Source of the DNA: Bacilli bacterium
GTDB lineage: Bacteria > Bacillota_I > Bacilli_A > RFN20 > CAG-826
Length of the DNA: 64,000 nt
Direction: 5' to 3'
Assembly (NCBI GenBank): GCA_041653015.1
Contig: JBAZGG010000002.1
Location: 36,378 to 100,377, forward strand
Numbering within the stretch: the first letter of the stretch is position 1; every line of letters begins with the position of its first letter. A program made the position numbers and the translations under genes. This document shows positions 9,835-19,282 of the stretch, in pieces. Under the pieces are notes generated by a model. That model had not been told where the DNA came from. It worked only from the letters and a program-made list of their open reading frames with translations, and did not search any database.

Positions 9835-10040
9835 GAGCGTTGAAGAAGACATACTTTATTTAACATTTTGTAGAGAAGGATTAGCTGGTGAAAAAATCCG
9901 AAAATGGTAAAATATAGCACCACTTCTGAGCCTCTAATGATGAATTAGACGTACCAGGCGTTAACGAAAGAGAGCATATCGTTTGATATGAATTAAGGTG
10001 GTACCGCGTTAATAGCGTCCTTTGTGGGCGTTTTTATTTT
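9835..10040 (+). promoter_or_regulatory. T-box leader (tRNA-sensing riboswitch) for thrS
   Basis: An AGAGA box lies at 9872-9876. A candidate ACC (Thr) specifier followed by A lies at 9919-9922. The T-box sequence AATTAAGGTGGTACCGCG at 9991-10008 is a 17/18 match to consensus. A terminator hairpin plus U-run at 10014-10040 lies immediately before the thrS RBS. Confidence 0.8.
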
Positions 10041-10057
10041 TATTGGAGGAAAAACAA

Positions 10058-11959
10058 ATGAAATTATCATTAAAAAACGGAATGGAAATCAACATTGAAC
10101 AGGGAGCGAACGGATTCATTATCGCCAAGCAATTTGATTCCACTATCGCTAAAAAAATAATAGCATTCAAACATAATGGTGAAATCCATGATATGTCTGA
10201 TCCGATTTCGAGTGATGGCATCATCGAGCTGATTAAGGAAAGTGATCATGAGGCATTTGAAATTCTGAATCATTCAACCTCCCACTTGCTCGCACAAGCG
10301 ATTCAGCATCTTTATAAAGATGCAAAATTTGGAATTGGCCCTTCGATTGAAGAAGGCTTTTATTACGATATCGATTTTAAAGAGCCTATCAATGAGGGCG
10401 ATTTTGCAAAAATTGAGGCGGAAATGAAAAAACTCGCCAAAGATAACTTGAAAATTATGAGACGCGAATTGAGCAAAAAAGATGCTCTCGAATTATTCAA
10501 AGACAATCCTTACAAAGTTGAATTGATCAAGGAACTAACTGGAAAAATAACAATTCGCGAGCAAGGTGATTTTATTGATCTGTGTAAAGGTATTCATGTT
10601 CCGAGCACAGGATATATCAAACATTTTAAGCTCCTATCACTCGCTGGTGCGTATTGGAGAGGAAACTCTGATAACAAACAATTGACTAGAATCTATGGGG
10701 TGAGTTTCTTTAGCGAGGAAGAGCTCACAAAATATCTAGAACTAATCGAAGAAAGAAAAAGACGTGATCATCGCAAGCTCGGAAAAGAATTGGGATTATT
10801 TATGATTTCAGAATATGGGCCAGGGTTTCCATTCTGGTTACCAAATGGAATGATATTGCGTAACGAGCTTGAAAATTTTTGGTATAAAAGACATGAGGAA
10901 GCTGGATACGTATTTGTAAAAACTCCTATCATGCTTTCTAAAGAGCTATGGGTTACAAGCGGACATTGGTCCAATTACAAAGATAATATGTACATCACGA
11001 AAATTGATGACAAGGAATTTGCGATCAAACCCATGAATTGTCCCGGTGGTATATTAGTCTATAAGAACGATTTGCATTCGTATAAAGATTTACCGATACG
11101 CATGGGTGAATTAGGACTCGTCCATCGCCATGAAGCTTCAGGAGCATTAAACGGATTATTCAGAGTGCGAACGTTCACTCAAGATGATGCTCACGTCTTT
11201 TGCCGCGAAGATCAACTGCAAGATGAAATCGTCGCATTGCTAAGATTATTCGATGAAATTTACACTCTGTTTGGATTAGATTATCACATCGAACTTTCAA
11301 CGAAACCTGAAAAGGGATATATCGGCGATGATCGAATTTGGAAAAAGAGTGAAGAGATACTCGGAAAGGCTTGTCGCACCTCAGGTAAGGAATTCATAAT
11401 AAATGAGGGAGACGGCGCTTTTTATGGACCAAAACTAGATTTTAAACTACGAGATTCTATGAACAGAATATGGCAGTGCGGAACCATCCAACTCGATATG
11501 AATTTGCCAGAGCGTTTTGATATATTTTATATCGATAATAACAATCAAAAAGTTCGCCCTATCATGCTCCATAGAGCACTGTTTGGTTCAATAGAGAGAT
11601 TTATCGGCATTTTAATTGAGCATTTTGGCGGCGCTTTCCCAACGTGGCTAAGCCCTGTTCAAGTGAATGTGCTTCCAGTAAACAATAAATTTCACTTAGT
11701 TTACGCACGCGATTTAGTTGAAAAGATGAAACAGAAAGGAATCCGTGCCTCCATTGATGAAAGTGAAGAAAAATTGGGTTATCGTCTGCGAAATTCGCAG
11801 ATGAAAAAGATTCCTTATACGATTGTGATCGGCGATAGTGAGGTAAGAGATGGAACGGCGACATACCGCATCTTTGGTCAAGAAAAACAATTGACTGTCT
11901 CCGCTGAAGATTTCATAGACATCGTCATCAAATCGATAAAAGATAAGGCTCGATATTAA
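10058..11959 (+). CDS. thrS: Threonyl-tRNA synthetase
   Basis: Has the TGS/N-terminal editing domain, class II motifs and a C-terminal anticodon-binding domain. The start was chosen at the ATG at 10058, after GGAGG, rather than the track start at 10022, which lies inside the leader terminator. Confidence 0.93.
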   Translation: MKLSLKNGMEINIEQGANGFIIAKQFDSTIAKKIIAFKHNGEIHDMSDPISSDGIIELIKESDHEAFEILNHSTSHLLAQAIQHLYKDAKFGIGPSIEEGFYYDIDFKEPINEGDFAKIEAEMKKLAKDNLKIMRRELSKKDALELFKDNPYKVELIKELTGKITIREQGDFIDLCKGIHVPSTGYIKHFKLLSLAGAYWRGNSDNKQLTRIYGVSFFSEEELTKYLELIEERKRRDHRKLGKELGLFMISEYGPGFPFWLPNGMILRNELENFWYKRHEEAGYVFVKTPIMLSKELWVTSGHWSNYKDNMYITKIDDKEFAIKPMNCPGGILVYKNDLHSYKDLPIRMGELGLVHRHEASGALNGLFRVRTFTQDDAHVFCREDQLQDEIVALLRLFDEIYTLFGLDYHIELSTKPEKGYIGDDRIWKKSEEILGKACRTSGKEFIINEGDGAFYGPKLDFKLRDSMNRIWQCGTIQLDMNLPERFDIFYIDNNNQKVRPIMLHRALFGSIERFIGILIEHFGGAFPTWLSPVQVNVLPVNNKFHLVYARDLVEKMKQKGIRASIDESEEKLGYRLRNSQMKKIPYTIVIGDSEVRDGTATYRIFGQEKQLTVSAEDFIDIVIKSIKDKARY

Positions 11960-11965
11960 AAAGTG

Positions 11966-12124
11966 TTGACATTACCTTATAGGTAGTGATAGCATAACTA
12001 TCGTAAAAAGAACGTAGAAAGTAGACGCGTCCGCATCTCACCAGATTGGCATCGCTAATTGGTATAAGCTACTAAATATCATCGATATTTATTATAACGG
12101 GCGCATCTCGCACCCGTTTTTATT
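11966..12124 (+). promoter_or_regulatory. infC-rpmI-rplT leader with an intrinsic-terminator attenuator (L20-leader-like)
   Basis: TTGACA at 11966-11971. A hairpin ACGGGCGCatctcGCaCCCGT at 12097-12117 is followed by TTTTATT, just upstream of the infC RBS AGGAGGGG (12131-12138). Confidence 0.5.
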
Positions 12125-12141
12125 ACTAATAGGAGGGGATA

Positions 12142-12702
12142 ATTATCAACAACTATCCAGTTAAACCGGAACAACGACGTCCGGAAAACAAAGTTACCGA
12201 TCTCATCAATGAGCGAATTCGCTTTCCACAGGTATTAGTGATTGGGCCGCAAGGCGAGCAAATAGGAGTGATGTCTTCTAGAGATGCAAATGCCAAGGCC
12301 TCTGATTATGAATTAGATCTTCTTTGTGTCGCACCGAGTGCAAATCCACCAGTATGCAAAATACTAAATTACGGAAAATATCGGTTCGAGCAACAAAAAA
12401 AGGCTAAAGAAAGCAAAAAGAGACAGCATGTTGTCGAAATCAAGGAGGTTCAATTGACTCCACAGATTGGCCAGCATGATATGGATACGAAAATTAAACA
12501 CGCCACGAGATTCCTTCAAGAAGGAAATAAAGTAAAAGTGGCCTTAAGATTTCGTGGAAGACAGATGACTCATATTGAAGTCGGTCAGGAAGTGCTTGAT
12601 AAATTTATTTCTTCTTTAGAAGAATACGCCATCGTTGAAAAGCCAGCTCTTCTCGATGGAAAGCTATTAATTGCCGTTTTAGCATCAAAAGTAAAAAAAT
12701 AG
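12142..12702 (+). CDS. infC: Translation initiation factor IF-3 with a non-AUG (ATT) start
   Basis: In-frame sequence upstream of the track ORF reads ...INERIRFPQVLVIGPQGEQIGV, which is IF-3 N-terminus-like. An in-frame TAG lies at 12130. The RBS AGGAGG is followed 5 nt later by ATT at 12142. The AUU start is the conserved autoregulatory feature of infC. Confidence 0.8.
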   Translation: MINNYPVKPEQRRPENKVTDLINERIRFPQVLVIGPQGEQIGVMSSRDANAKASDYELDLLCVAPSANPPVCKILNYGKYRFEQQKKAKESKKRQHVVEIKEVQLTPQIGQHDMDTKIKHATRFLQEGNKVKVALRFRGRQMTHIEVGQEVLDKFISSLEEYAIVEKPALLDGKLLIAVLASKVKK

Positions 12703-12714
12703 GAGGAAACAACA

Positions 12715-12909
12715 ATGCCAAAAATGAAAAGCAAACGCGGTCTTCTTAAACGCGTAAAAGTCACAGGTTCTGGAAAATTGAAAAGACACTCGGCCTATAC
12801 ATCACATCTAGCGCCAAGAAAGACTCACAAGCAGAAAAGACATTTGAGAAAAGCATCACTTATACATCCAACAGATTATAAGCGTATTAAGCAGTTAATT
12901 CAGAAATAA
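12715..12909 (+). CDS. rpmI: 50S ribosomal protein L35
   Basis: Reads [25 protein letters not shown]...; 64 aa. Strong GGAGG RBS. Confidence 0.93.
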   Translation: MPKMKSKRGLLKRVKVTGSGKLKRHSAYTSHLAPRKTHKQKRHLRKASLIHPTDYKRIKQLIQK

Positions 12910-12923
12910 GGAGGAAATAAACA

Positions 12924-13277
12924 ATGGCAAGAGTTAAAGGTGGCACCGTAACACGTGCGAGACGATTAAAAGTATTAAAAAGAGCCAAAGGATATTTTGG
13001 AAGTAAACATCTCTTATTTAAAACTGCTAAAGAACAGGTGATGCATTCATTGCGATATGCGTACATCGACCGTCGCTTATTAAAAAGAGATTATCGCAAA
13101 CTATGGATTAAGAGAATCAACGCCGCATGCAGAATAAATGATGTGTCATATTCTAAATTCATGGCAGGTTTAAAACTTGCAAAAGTTGATGTCAACAGAA
13201 AAATGCTCAGCGAATTAGCAATCAATGATCCAAAAGCGTTTAGTGAATTGGTGTCTGTTGCAAAAAAAGCAAAATAG
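12924..13277 (+). CDS. rplT: 50S ribosomal protein L20
   Basis: Reads [26 protein letters not shown]...; 117 aa. Confidence 0.93.
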   Translation: MARVKGGTVTRARRLKVLKRAKGYFGSKHLLFKTAKEQVMHSLRYAYIDRRLLKRDYRKLWIKRINAACRINDVSYSKFMAGLKLAKVDVNRKMLSELAINDPKAFSELVSVAKKAK

Positions 13278-13290
13278 GGCGAACAATATT

Positions 13291-13325
13291 AAAAGATAGC
13301 CGTATCATCAGCTATCTTTTTTTAT
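13291..13325. terminator. Bidirectional intrinsic terminator shared by rplT (+) and thiI (-)
   Basis: AAAGATAGC - loop - GCTATCTTT, flanked by A-run and T-run. The last thiI codons lie in the 3' arm. Confidence 0.7.
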
Positions 13326-14477
13326 GCAGATCATCTCAACATTTTGAATCGCTTCATCGATTAGAGATTTATAATCGAATCTGCTCTCAAAGTGTTCGCA
13401 TTCAGATAATCTAGGTTTCGTCTTGGGATTCTTTGGAGAAAAGATAGTGCAGCAATCTTCAAACGGCCTTATAGAAATATCATATGTTCCAATCGTCTTT
13501 GCAACTTTGATAATGTCTAATTTGTCATATGCAGCCAATGGACGTATCACAGGAATCTTTATACACTCATTTATCACTTTCATCGATTCAAGAGTTTGAC
13601 TCGCAACTTGTCCAATCGACTCACCATTAGCGATGATAGAACAACGTCTAATGGCGGCAAGTCTTTCAGCAATTCGATACATCATTCGTCGCATTATCGT
13701 AATCGCGTATGATTCATCGCTGTTTGCGTATATCGCCTCTTGAATTTTCGTAAAAGGGATGATGTTTAATTTGATCTCATCCTGAAAAGTATTGAGCACT
13801 GACAAGATATCTTTCAATTTCTCAATAACACCTATATTGGTATAAGGAGGGGAAGCAAAATGAATACATTCGATTTTTACGCCGCGTTTTAATAAGAGAT
13901 AGGAAGCGACAGGCGAATCGATCCCACCGGATATCATCATCATCGCTTTACCGATTATTCCAAGAGGATAACCGCCGCTGCATTGAATAGTATCTGTGAA
14001 TATATACGCCCCTTCTTCGCGTATTTCAATGTTTAAAAGGATATCGGGATTATGAACATCGACTTTCAATGTTGTATTGCTAAGGATTACTTCAGCAACA
14101 ATGCGAATCACTTTATCCGATGTTATCGGATACGCCTTGTTGGCGCGCTTCACGCGGATTTTGAATGATGAACCATTCTCTTTGCGAACAATTTCTAGAG
14201 ATGCTCTTTTAATCTCTTCGATATCATCATCGATTTTCATCACTAAAGAAATAGCGTGAATACCACTGACCGATTGTAAAACATGAATTATATCATCAGT
14301 ATTCTCTTCATCATTAAGGGCGATATATATATGATCGTAGCGCACATCATATGACAGCTTATCAAATGGCGATAATGCACTTTTAATATTTCTGGCCAAA
14401 ATGCGAATGAAGTCTTTTTTGTTTTTTCCTTTTGTCGATAATTCGCCATAGCGAATCATGATATGGTCATATTTCAT
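13308..14477 (-). CDS. thiI: tRNA 4-thiouridine synthase ThiI (no rhodanese domain)
   Basis: Reads MKYDHIMIRYGELSTKGKNK (THUMP), with a PP-loop ISGGIDSPVA. Confidence 0.9.
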   Translation of the reverse strand: MKYDHIMIRYGELSTKGKNKKDFIRILARNIKSALSPFDKLSYDVRYDHIYIALNDEENTDDIIHVLQSVSGIHAISLVMKIDDDIEEIKRASLEIVRKENGSSFKIRVKRANKAYPITSDKVIRIVAEVILSNTTLKVDVHNPDILLNIEIREEGAYIFTDTIQCSGGYPLGIIGKAMMMISGGIDSPVASYLLLKRGVKIECIHFASPPYTNIGVIEKLKDILSVLNTFQDEIKLNIIPFTKIQEAIYANSDESYAITIMRRMMYRIAERLAAIRRCSIIANGESIGQVASQTLESMKVINECIKIPVIRPLAAYDKLDIIKVAKTIGTYDISIRPFEDCCTIFSPKNPKTKPRLSECEHFESRFDYKSLIDEAIQNVEMICIKKDS

Positions 14478-15601
14478 TTTATGCTCTCCACTATTTTATT
14501 CAGCGCTTCTAGAAATAAGACAGCCTCGTCAACTGTATTATACGACCAAAAACTCAAACGAATGGTGTTGGAAGATAGATTGTCATCCCTGCCCATGGCG
14601 CGAATGACATATGATGATTTCTCTTTTTTTGAATGACAGGCGCTGAGGCTCGAAACCATAATATCCGCATTGGATAAGGCTTCCACGACGACGCTCGCTT
14701 TCTTATTCTTTAAAGAAAAATTCATGATGAATGGCGAGCATTTTTCCGTCGAGTTCATGACAATGTCGGCATTTTTTCTAAGACCAGCAAAAATAAAGCT
14801 GCTGATCTCACACGCTTTTTCGCTATTGATTTTCATATCATTAATCGCATTTTTTGTCGCAAGAGCACACGCGAACGCTGAAGGAACATCAACCGTTCCA
14901 CTCCTATAACCGTATTCTTGATTGCCACCGCTCATAATCGGAAGCAGCAAAAGATTCTTCTTAATCAGCAGGGCTCCACTACCTTTTAAACCACCAAATT
15001 TATGTGCGGAAAGGGAAAACATATCAATCTGTGAATATGGGAGAGTAATTTTTCCAACCGCTTGAGTGGCATCGACATGCAATTTTATTTTTGGATAATT
15101 CTTAATTATTGATGCTATCCTTGCAATATCGTTGATTGCGCCTGTCTCATTGTTTACAGCCATGATAGAAACTAGAATTGTATCTTTTCTGATGCTTCTT
15201 TCCAAAACTGCGCAATCGATTGTTCCATCGCTTTCAACAGGCAGTATGGTGATTTCAAAGCCAAAAAAATCACGAAGTTGAAAAAAAGACTCAAGAACAG
15301 AAGGATGCTCAACCGCTGTCGTAATGATGTGCTTCCCACGATTTTGAAAGCGAAGTGAATATCCTTTAATCGCTAGATTATTTGCTTCCGTTGCCCCTGA
15401 AACAAATATCGCTTGATACGAGTTGTCGAGGTTCAATGAATTAAGCAAAAGTTTTCTTGATTCTTCAAGAATTTTTGATGAAAAGATACCTTGCTTATGA
15501 ATGCTGGTGGAGTTTGCAAAAAACTCTCTTTCAATTCTGTTATATTCTAAGAGCAATAATTCATTCGGTATTGTCGTTGCAGCATTATCGAAATAGATCA
15601 C
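14474..15601 (-). CDS. Cysteine desulfurase (NifZ/IscS-like; class V aminotransferase)
   Basis: PLP-lysine motif SAHKFGG and active-site Cys SSLSACHS. It sits adjacent to thiI as in B. subtilis nifZ-thiI. Confidence 0.85.
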   Translation of the reverse strand: MIYFDNAATTIPNELLLLEYNRIEREFFANSTSIHKQGIFSSKILEESRKLLLNSLNLDNSYQAIFVSGATEANNLAIKGYSLRFQNRGKHIITTAVEHPSVLESFFQLRDFFGFEITILPVESDGTIDCAVLERSIRKDTILVSIMAVNNETGAINDIARIASIIKNYPKIKLHVDATQAVGKITLPYSQIDMFSLSAHKFGGLKGSGALLIKKNLLLLPIMSGGNQEYGYRSGTVDVPSAFACALATKNAINDMKINSEKACEISSFIFAGLRKNADIVMNSTEKCSPFIMNFSLKNKKASVVVEALSNADIMVSSLSACHSKKEKSSYVIRAMGRDDNLSSNTIRLSFWSYNTVDEAVLFLEALNKIVESIK

Positions 15602-17340
15602 CGTTTTGCCTCAACGCCTGTCTGACGTATCAATTTCAATGCGTTGCCAGTCTGGACATAAGCGTTTTCGAATTCAGCGTTAAAATACAAGCGTTCTGAC
15701 TGCGTTACGAGCTGATCAATATTATTGAGATGCTGACGGTCTCTATTGGCAAAGAGAATCGCAGCATCTGCCATCTGCATCATATTATATTCTTGCTCGA
15801 TATCATACATTGTTTTTTCACCAAAATTGTTTAATTCATTAACGATTGATGTAACTTGAAAAACATTGATTGGAAGGGTATTTAGTGTTTTATAAAGCGA
15901 ATCTATCAATTCGTAAATTTTGTTAATAGATTCAGAATATTTATCCATAAAAACCTGCAACGATACATCGCGAATAATTTTCTCAACTTTTTTTGCTCGC
16001 AGATAATAAGTCGATAACAAGGCATAAGCTGATTCGGAATTAGTCTTTAAAGAATCGAGATAAAATTGATATTCATTCAATTGAGAATCGATCGATTTTG
16101 TTTGATTCTGTAACTCGCGCATTTTATCAACAAGAACTGAATAAGGCTGTTTTGTCGCTGAATGGATAAAGGTGTCGAGGGTTCTTTTAACGCCACCTAA
16201 TGTATTAACATTTTTCTGAATCTCATCAATTTTCACAAAATAGGTATTTTCGATAATAAATACTTTTTTGATATCGGGGATGGTGTTACACAGACGAATA
16301 AAACGCTTCTCAAGAGCGCTGACCGCCGTGTATGTTTGAGAGCATTCTTTATCAAAGACGACCTTGGCACCTTTCTCTTTATCAAATAAAACAAAACACT
16401 CGTCGATGTTTTTTATGATGATATTCAATGTATTTTGTGTTTCCTCAAAATCAAAATTCTTCACTTTTTTACTTATCGCAGCGATTTCGTTGTTCATATC
16501 CTCTAAACTGCCCTTAATAATAAGGTGATGGACTGGATAATTATTATCGAGCATCTCGTTATAAGCCCGCTTCAGCTGATGCAGCTTATCAGGGATTATA
16601 TCCGTTAATAAGGCGCACAGATTTGGAGTGACTTCGAGAGCTTTAGAAAGTTCATTCAAAGCTTTATCAATACTTGGTATCATAGCGTTCGTCTCTTCAT
16701 AGTGAGCGGATTCAACCAGTTCATCAAAATTAACAAACATTGAATCGATGTGTTCAAAAATAGTATTAAAGGATGAAGCTACTAATTCAATCTCATCTTC
16801 TTTATCGTGAAATTCAATTTTGATTTTGCGATATTTCTCTTTAAGAACAGTGATGGCTTGCTTAGCATCTTCTTCAGGCTTTATAACAGCCATTAAATCA
16901 TCGTTGAACTGATTGACCGATCTTTCAAAAGCGACCATAACTTCTTTTGCTTCATTGAAGGCATCCTTTAGATTTTTATACTTCTTCTCCATCAATAAAT
17001 CTTTTAATTTGTTGATCGAATTTTGGGCAACAGAATCATATCGGTTTCTCACTTCTTTATATCGCTTGAGATATTGGGCGTGAAGTTCAGAATATAGAAG
17101 ATTAGAGCGTGAGATGATTTCGAGTCTTTTAACATATTGAATATCTTGACCGTTTAGTAGAGCGTGTAAATACTCGAATTTTCGATCTAATTCCCGAACT
17201 TTTTTTCGCAGAGAGCGAGGATAAAAAATAAATTTATATAAAATGAAAAAAAGTAAAAATAGAACTATCGCACCGACGACAGCAATTGAAATGTAGAGTA
17301 TTGTTGTGTATTGTGAATCTGGCTCTCCGATAAAAAACAT
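15598..17340 (-). CDS. ezrA: Septation ring formation regulator EzrA
   Basis: Has an N-terminal TM helix followed by a long coiled-coil, 580 aa. Conserved position opposite rpsD. Confidence 0.85.
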   Translation of the reverse strand: MFFIGEPDSQYTTILYISIAVVGAIVLFLLFFILYKFIFYPRSLRKKVRELDRKFEYLHALLNGQDIQYVKRLEIISRSNLLYSELHAQYLKRYKEVRNRYDSVAQNSINKLKDLLMEKKYKNLKDAFNEAKEVMVAFERSVNQFNDDLMAVIKPEEDAKQAITVLKEKYRKIKIEFHDKEDEIELVASSFNTIFEHIDSMFVNFDELVESAHYEETNAMIPSIDKALNELSKALEVTPNLCALLTDIIPDKLHQLKRAYNEMLDNNYPVHHLIIKGSLEDMNNEIAAISKKVKNFDFEETQNTLNIIIKNIDECFVLFDKEKGAKVVFDKECSQTYTAVSALEKRFIRLCNTIPDIKKVFIIENTYFVKIDEIQKNVNTLGGVKRTLDTFIHSATKQPYSVLVDKMRELQNQTKSIDSQLNEYQFYLDSLKTNSESAYALLSTYYLRAKKVEKIIRDVSLQVFMDKYSESINKIYELIDSLYKTLNTLPINVFQVTSIVNELNNFGEKTMYDIEQEYNMMQMADAAILFANRDRQHLNNIDQLVTQSERLYFNAEFENAYVQTGNALKLIRQTGVEAKR

Positions 17341-17470
17341 GATGAGTTATACCTTTTTGTTATTATAACACGTTATAATTCGCTTGTTGACTAAAAATCA
17401 AGGATTTTTCTTGATCGTTATCCATCAAAAAAGAAAAGAAATTGTTTTAATACAAAGTATTAGCAAAAAA

Positions 17471-17651
17471 TGTTGACTTATCTTCACTAATCAAATATAT
17501 TATGACTTGCATGTAATGCAGCATGTAAATACGTTCTGTCCGATGAATGGCACAATTAAAAGTAACCTAAGCTATGCGGTGAAAAGCTACTCATCCGAGA
17601 ATTGGAATTTACGCCTTATTGCTTTATTTGCAAAGTGAAAGGAGAAAAATC
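17471..17651 (+). promoter_or_regulatory. rpsD promoter and long 5' leader (candidate S4 autoregulatory leader)
   Basis: TTGACT, a 17-nt spacer, then TATATT at 17471-17499. A structured leader about 150 nt long with repeated GCATGTAA elements precedes the RBS AAAGGAG. Confidence 0.45.
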
Positions 17652-18257
17652 ATGAGATACACAGGATCAGACTGGAAACGTTCACGTCGCCTTGGCTTTT
17701 CAACACTTGAAACCGGAAAAGAACTCGCTAAACGTCCTTATGGACCAGGCCAACACGGAAATTCACGAAAGAAAAAACCTTCAGAATTTGGCAAACAATT
17801 GATTGAGAAACAGAAACTTCGTCAAATGTATGGCATAAGTGAGCGCCAATTCCGACGCTTGTTCATCCTCGCATCGAATTCAAAGGAAATTACCGGTATG
17901 GCATTTCTAAAAATTCTCGAGTCACGCTTAGACAATTTAGTCTATCGTATGGGATTCGCTAGAACGAGAAAAGGTGCACGACAATTGGTCAATCATGGTC
18001 ACATTACGATTAATGGCAAAAAAGTTGATATTCCATCATTTCTTTGCTCGGTCGGTGACAAGGTTGCACTCAAGGAATCTGACAAGAGTCTAAAGGTAGT
18101 CAAGGAATCACTTGAATCAAAGCCTTCAAATATCGCCTACGTAAAAGTAGATAGCGAAAAATTGATTGGCGAATTTGTAAGATTTCCTGATAGGAAAGAA
18201 CTTCCTCAGGATGTCAGCGAAGCTCAAGTTATCGAATACTACAACCGCTTGCTCTAA
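17652..18257 (+). CDS. rpsD: 30S ribosomal protein S4
   Basis: Reads MRYTGSDWKRSRRLGFS... The start was set at the ATG at 17652, after AAAGGAG. The track start at 17619 is an upstream in-frame extension. Confidence 0.93.
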   Translation: MRYTGSDWKRSRRLGFSTLETGKELAKRPYGPGQHGNSRKKKPSEFGKQLIEKQKLRQMYGISERQFRRLFILASNSKEITGMAFLKILESRLDNLVYRMGFARTRKGARQLVNHGHITINGKKVDIPSFLCSVGDKVALKESDKSLKVVKESLESKPSNIAYVKVDSEKLIGEFVRFPDRKELPQDVSEAQVIEYYNRLL

Positions 18258-18318
18258 TCGCAAGAAAAAGACTGCGATGAGCTGTCAAACAGAAATATAC
18301 AGTTCGCAAAAGTCATTT

Positions 18319-18358
18319 AAACCCCAAATCAGCTCGATGCTGAATTGGGGTTTTATAT
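18319..18358 (+). terminator. Intrinsic terminator after rpsD
   Basis: AACCCCAA - 17-nt loop - TTGGGGTT, followed by TTTTATATT. Confidence 0.75.
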
Positions 18359-18464
18359 TGCGATGAGTATGTCGATCAAAAGTTTGTTTTAAGAGGATAT
18401 AAAAAGATGCTGGCAATATCACAGAAAAAATGTACATCATGGCAATCACGAAAAAGAGGAATAA

Positions 18465-19190
18465 TTATTCTTTTAAAAACGTTGCCCAATCAAATGAATC
18501 GAAATTTCTTTTTGTAGATAATCCGGCAAAACCCGCAATTGATCTGGTTGTGGTTTGGGTTTCTTTTTTTAGGAAGTCATTGAAGACGCAATCCTCAGTT
18601 AAAACCGCACCATTATTAATTCCGTAAAATAACACTTTTTTATACGGAATTTTCTCGAATAAATCCACTACTTTTTGATCTATTATCTGTTGAACTGCCA
18701 TCACGCGAATATATTCAAAGTTTATACGATTTTTTCTTCTGTTCCAATTTTCCTTAACGATTTCAAAATCTTTATCATGAGGAAAGTTCATAACAACATC
18801 AGGTAATCCCTCTACTTTTATGATTCCATGAGGATATGTCGAGTCTGGAATGATGAATTCATCAAAATCGGCACTGATGTATTTTTCAAGATTCGCAGCA
18901 AAATAATAGAAATCGTTATTGCGGAAATTCAGGTTGATCGTTGGAGTAAGAAACTGTTTTTTTAAATCGTGATATATGATTCCGCTCAAACAGCTTGATG
19001 CGATAATCGAAAAATCTTTGCTCATAAGCGAATCGGCAACCGGCTTGCATTTTTTTATTCGCTTTTCTTGATTTATTCTTTTAATTTTTTCTTTTAATTT
19101 CTCTAGCATGGTATCAATATAACATGTTTGGAAATTTAATAAAATAATTAAACCGGTTCTATGGAAGTGAGAAAGTCTGCATTTCTTCAC
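18465..19190 (-). CDS. Hypothetical protein, possibly DUF1919-like. The true start may be the internal MLEKLKEK at 19112.
   Basis: Motif SSCLSGIIYHDL resembles the NCxGG..H signature I recall for the DUF1919 family. It is inserted between rpsD and tyrS. Confidence 0.4.
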   Translation of the reverse strand: MKKCRLSHFHRTGLIILLNFQTCYIDTMLEKLKEKIKRINQEKRIKKCKPVADSLMSKDFSIIASSCLSGIIYHDLKKQFLTPTINLNFRNNDFYYFAANLEKYISADFDEFIIPDSTYPHGIIKVEGLPDVVMNFPHDKDFEIVKENWNRRKNRINFEYIRVMAVQQIIDQKVVDLFEKIPYKKVLFYGINNGAVLTEDCVFNDFLKKETQTTTRSIAGFAGLSTKRNFDSFDWATFLKE

Positions 19191-19282
19191 CTAGAACAAA
19201 ATTCGATTTATTCTTCTAAAAACTTTTACGAACCGTTTACTTTTGCTCGGCTATTTCACGCGGTTGTAATTTTTAGTTTTTT

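Noticed and set aside
12238-12702. Track start (GTG at 12238) for infC
   Set aside because: The in-frame upstream sequence encodes a conserved IF3 N-terminus and is preceded by a strong RBS and an ATT start. The shorter ORF would delete the N-domain.
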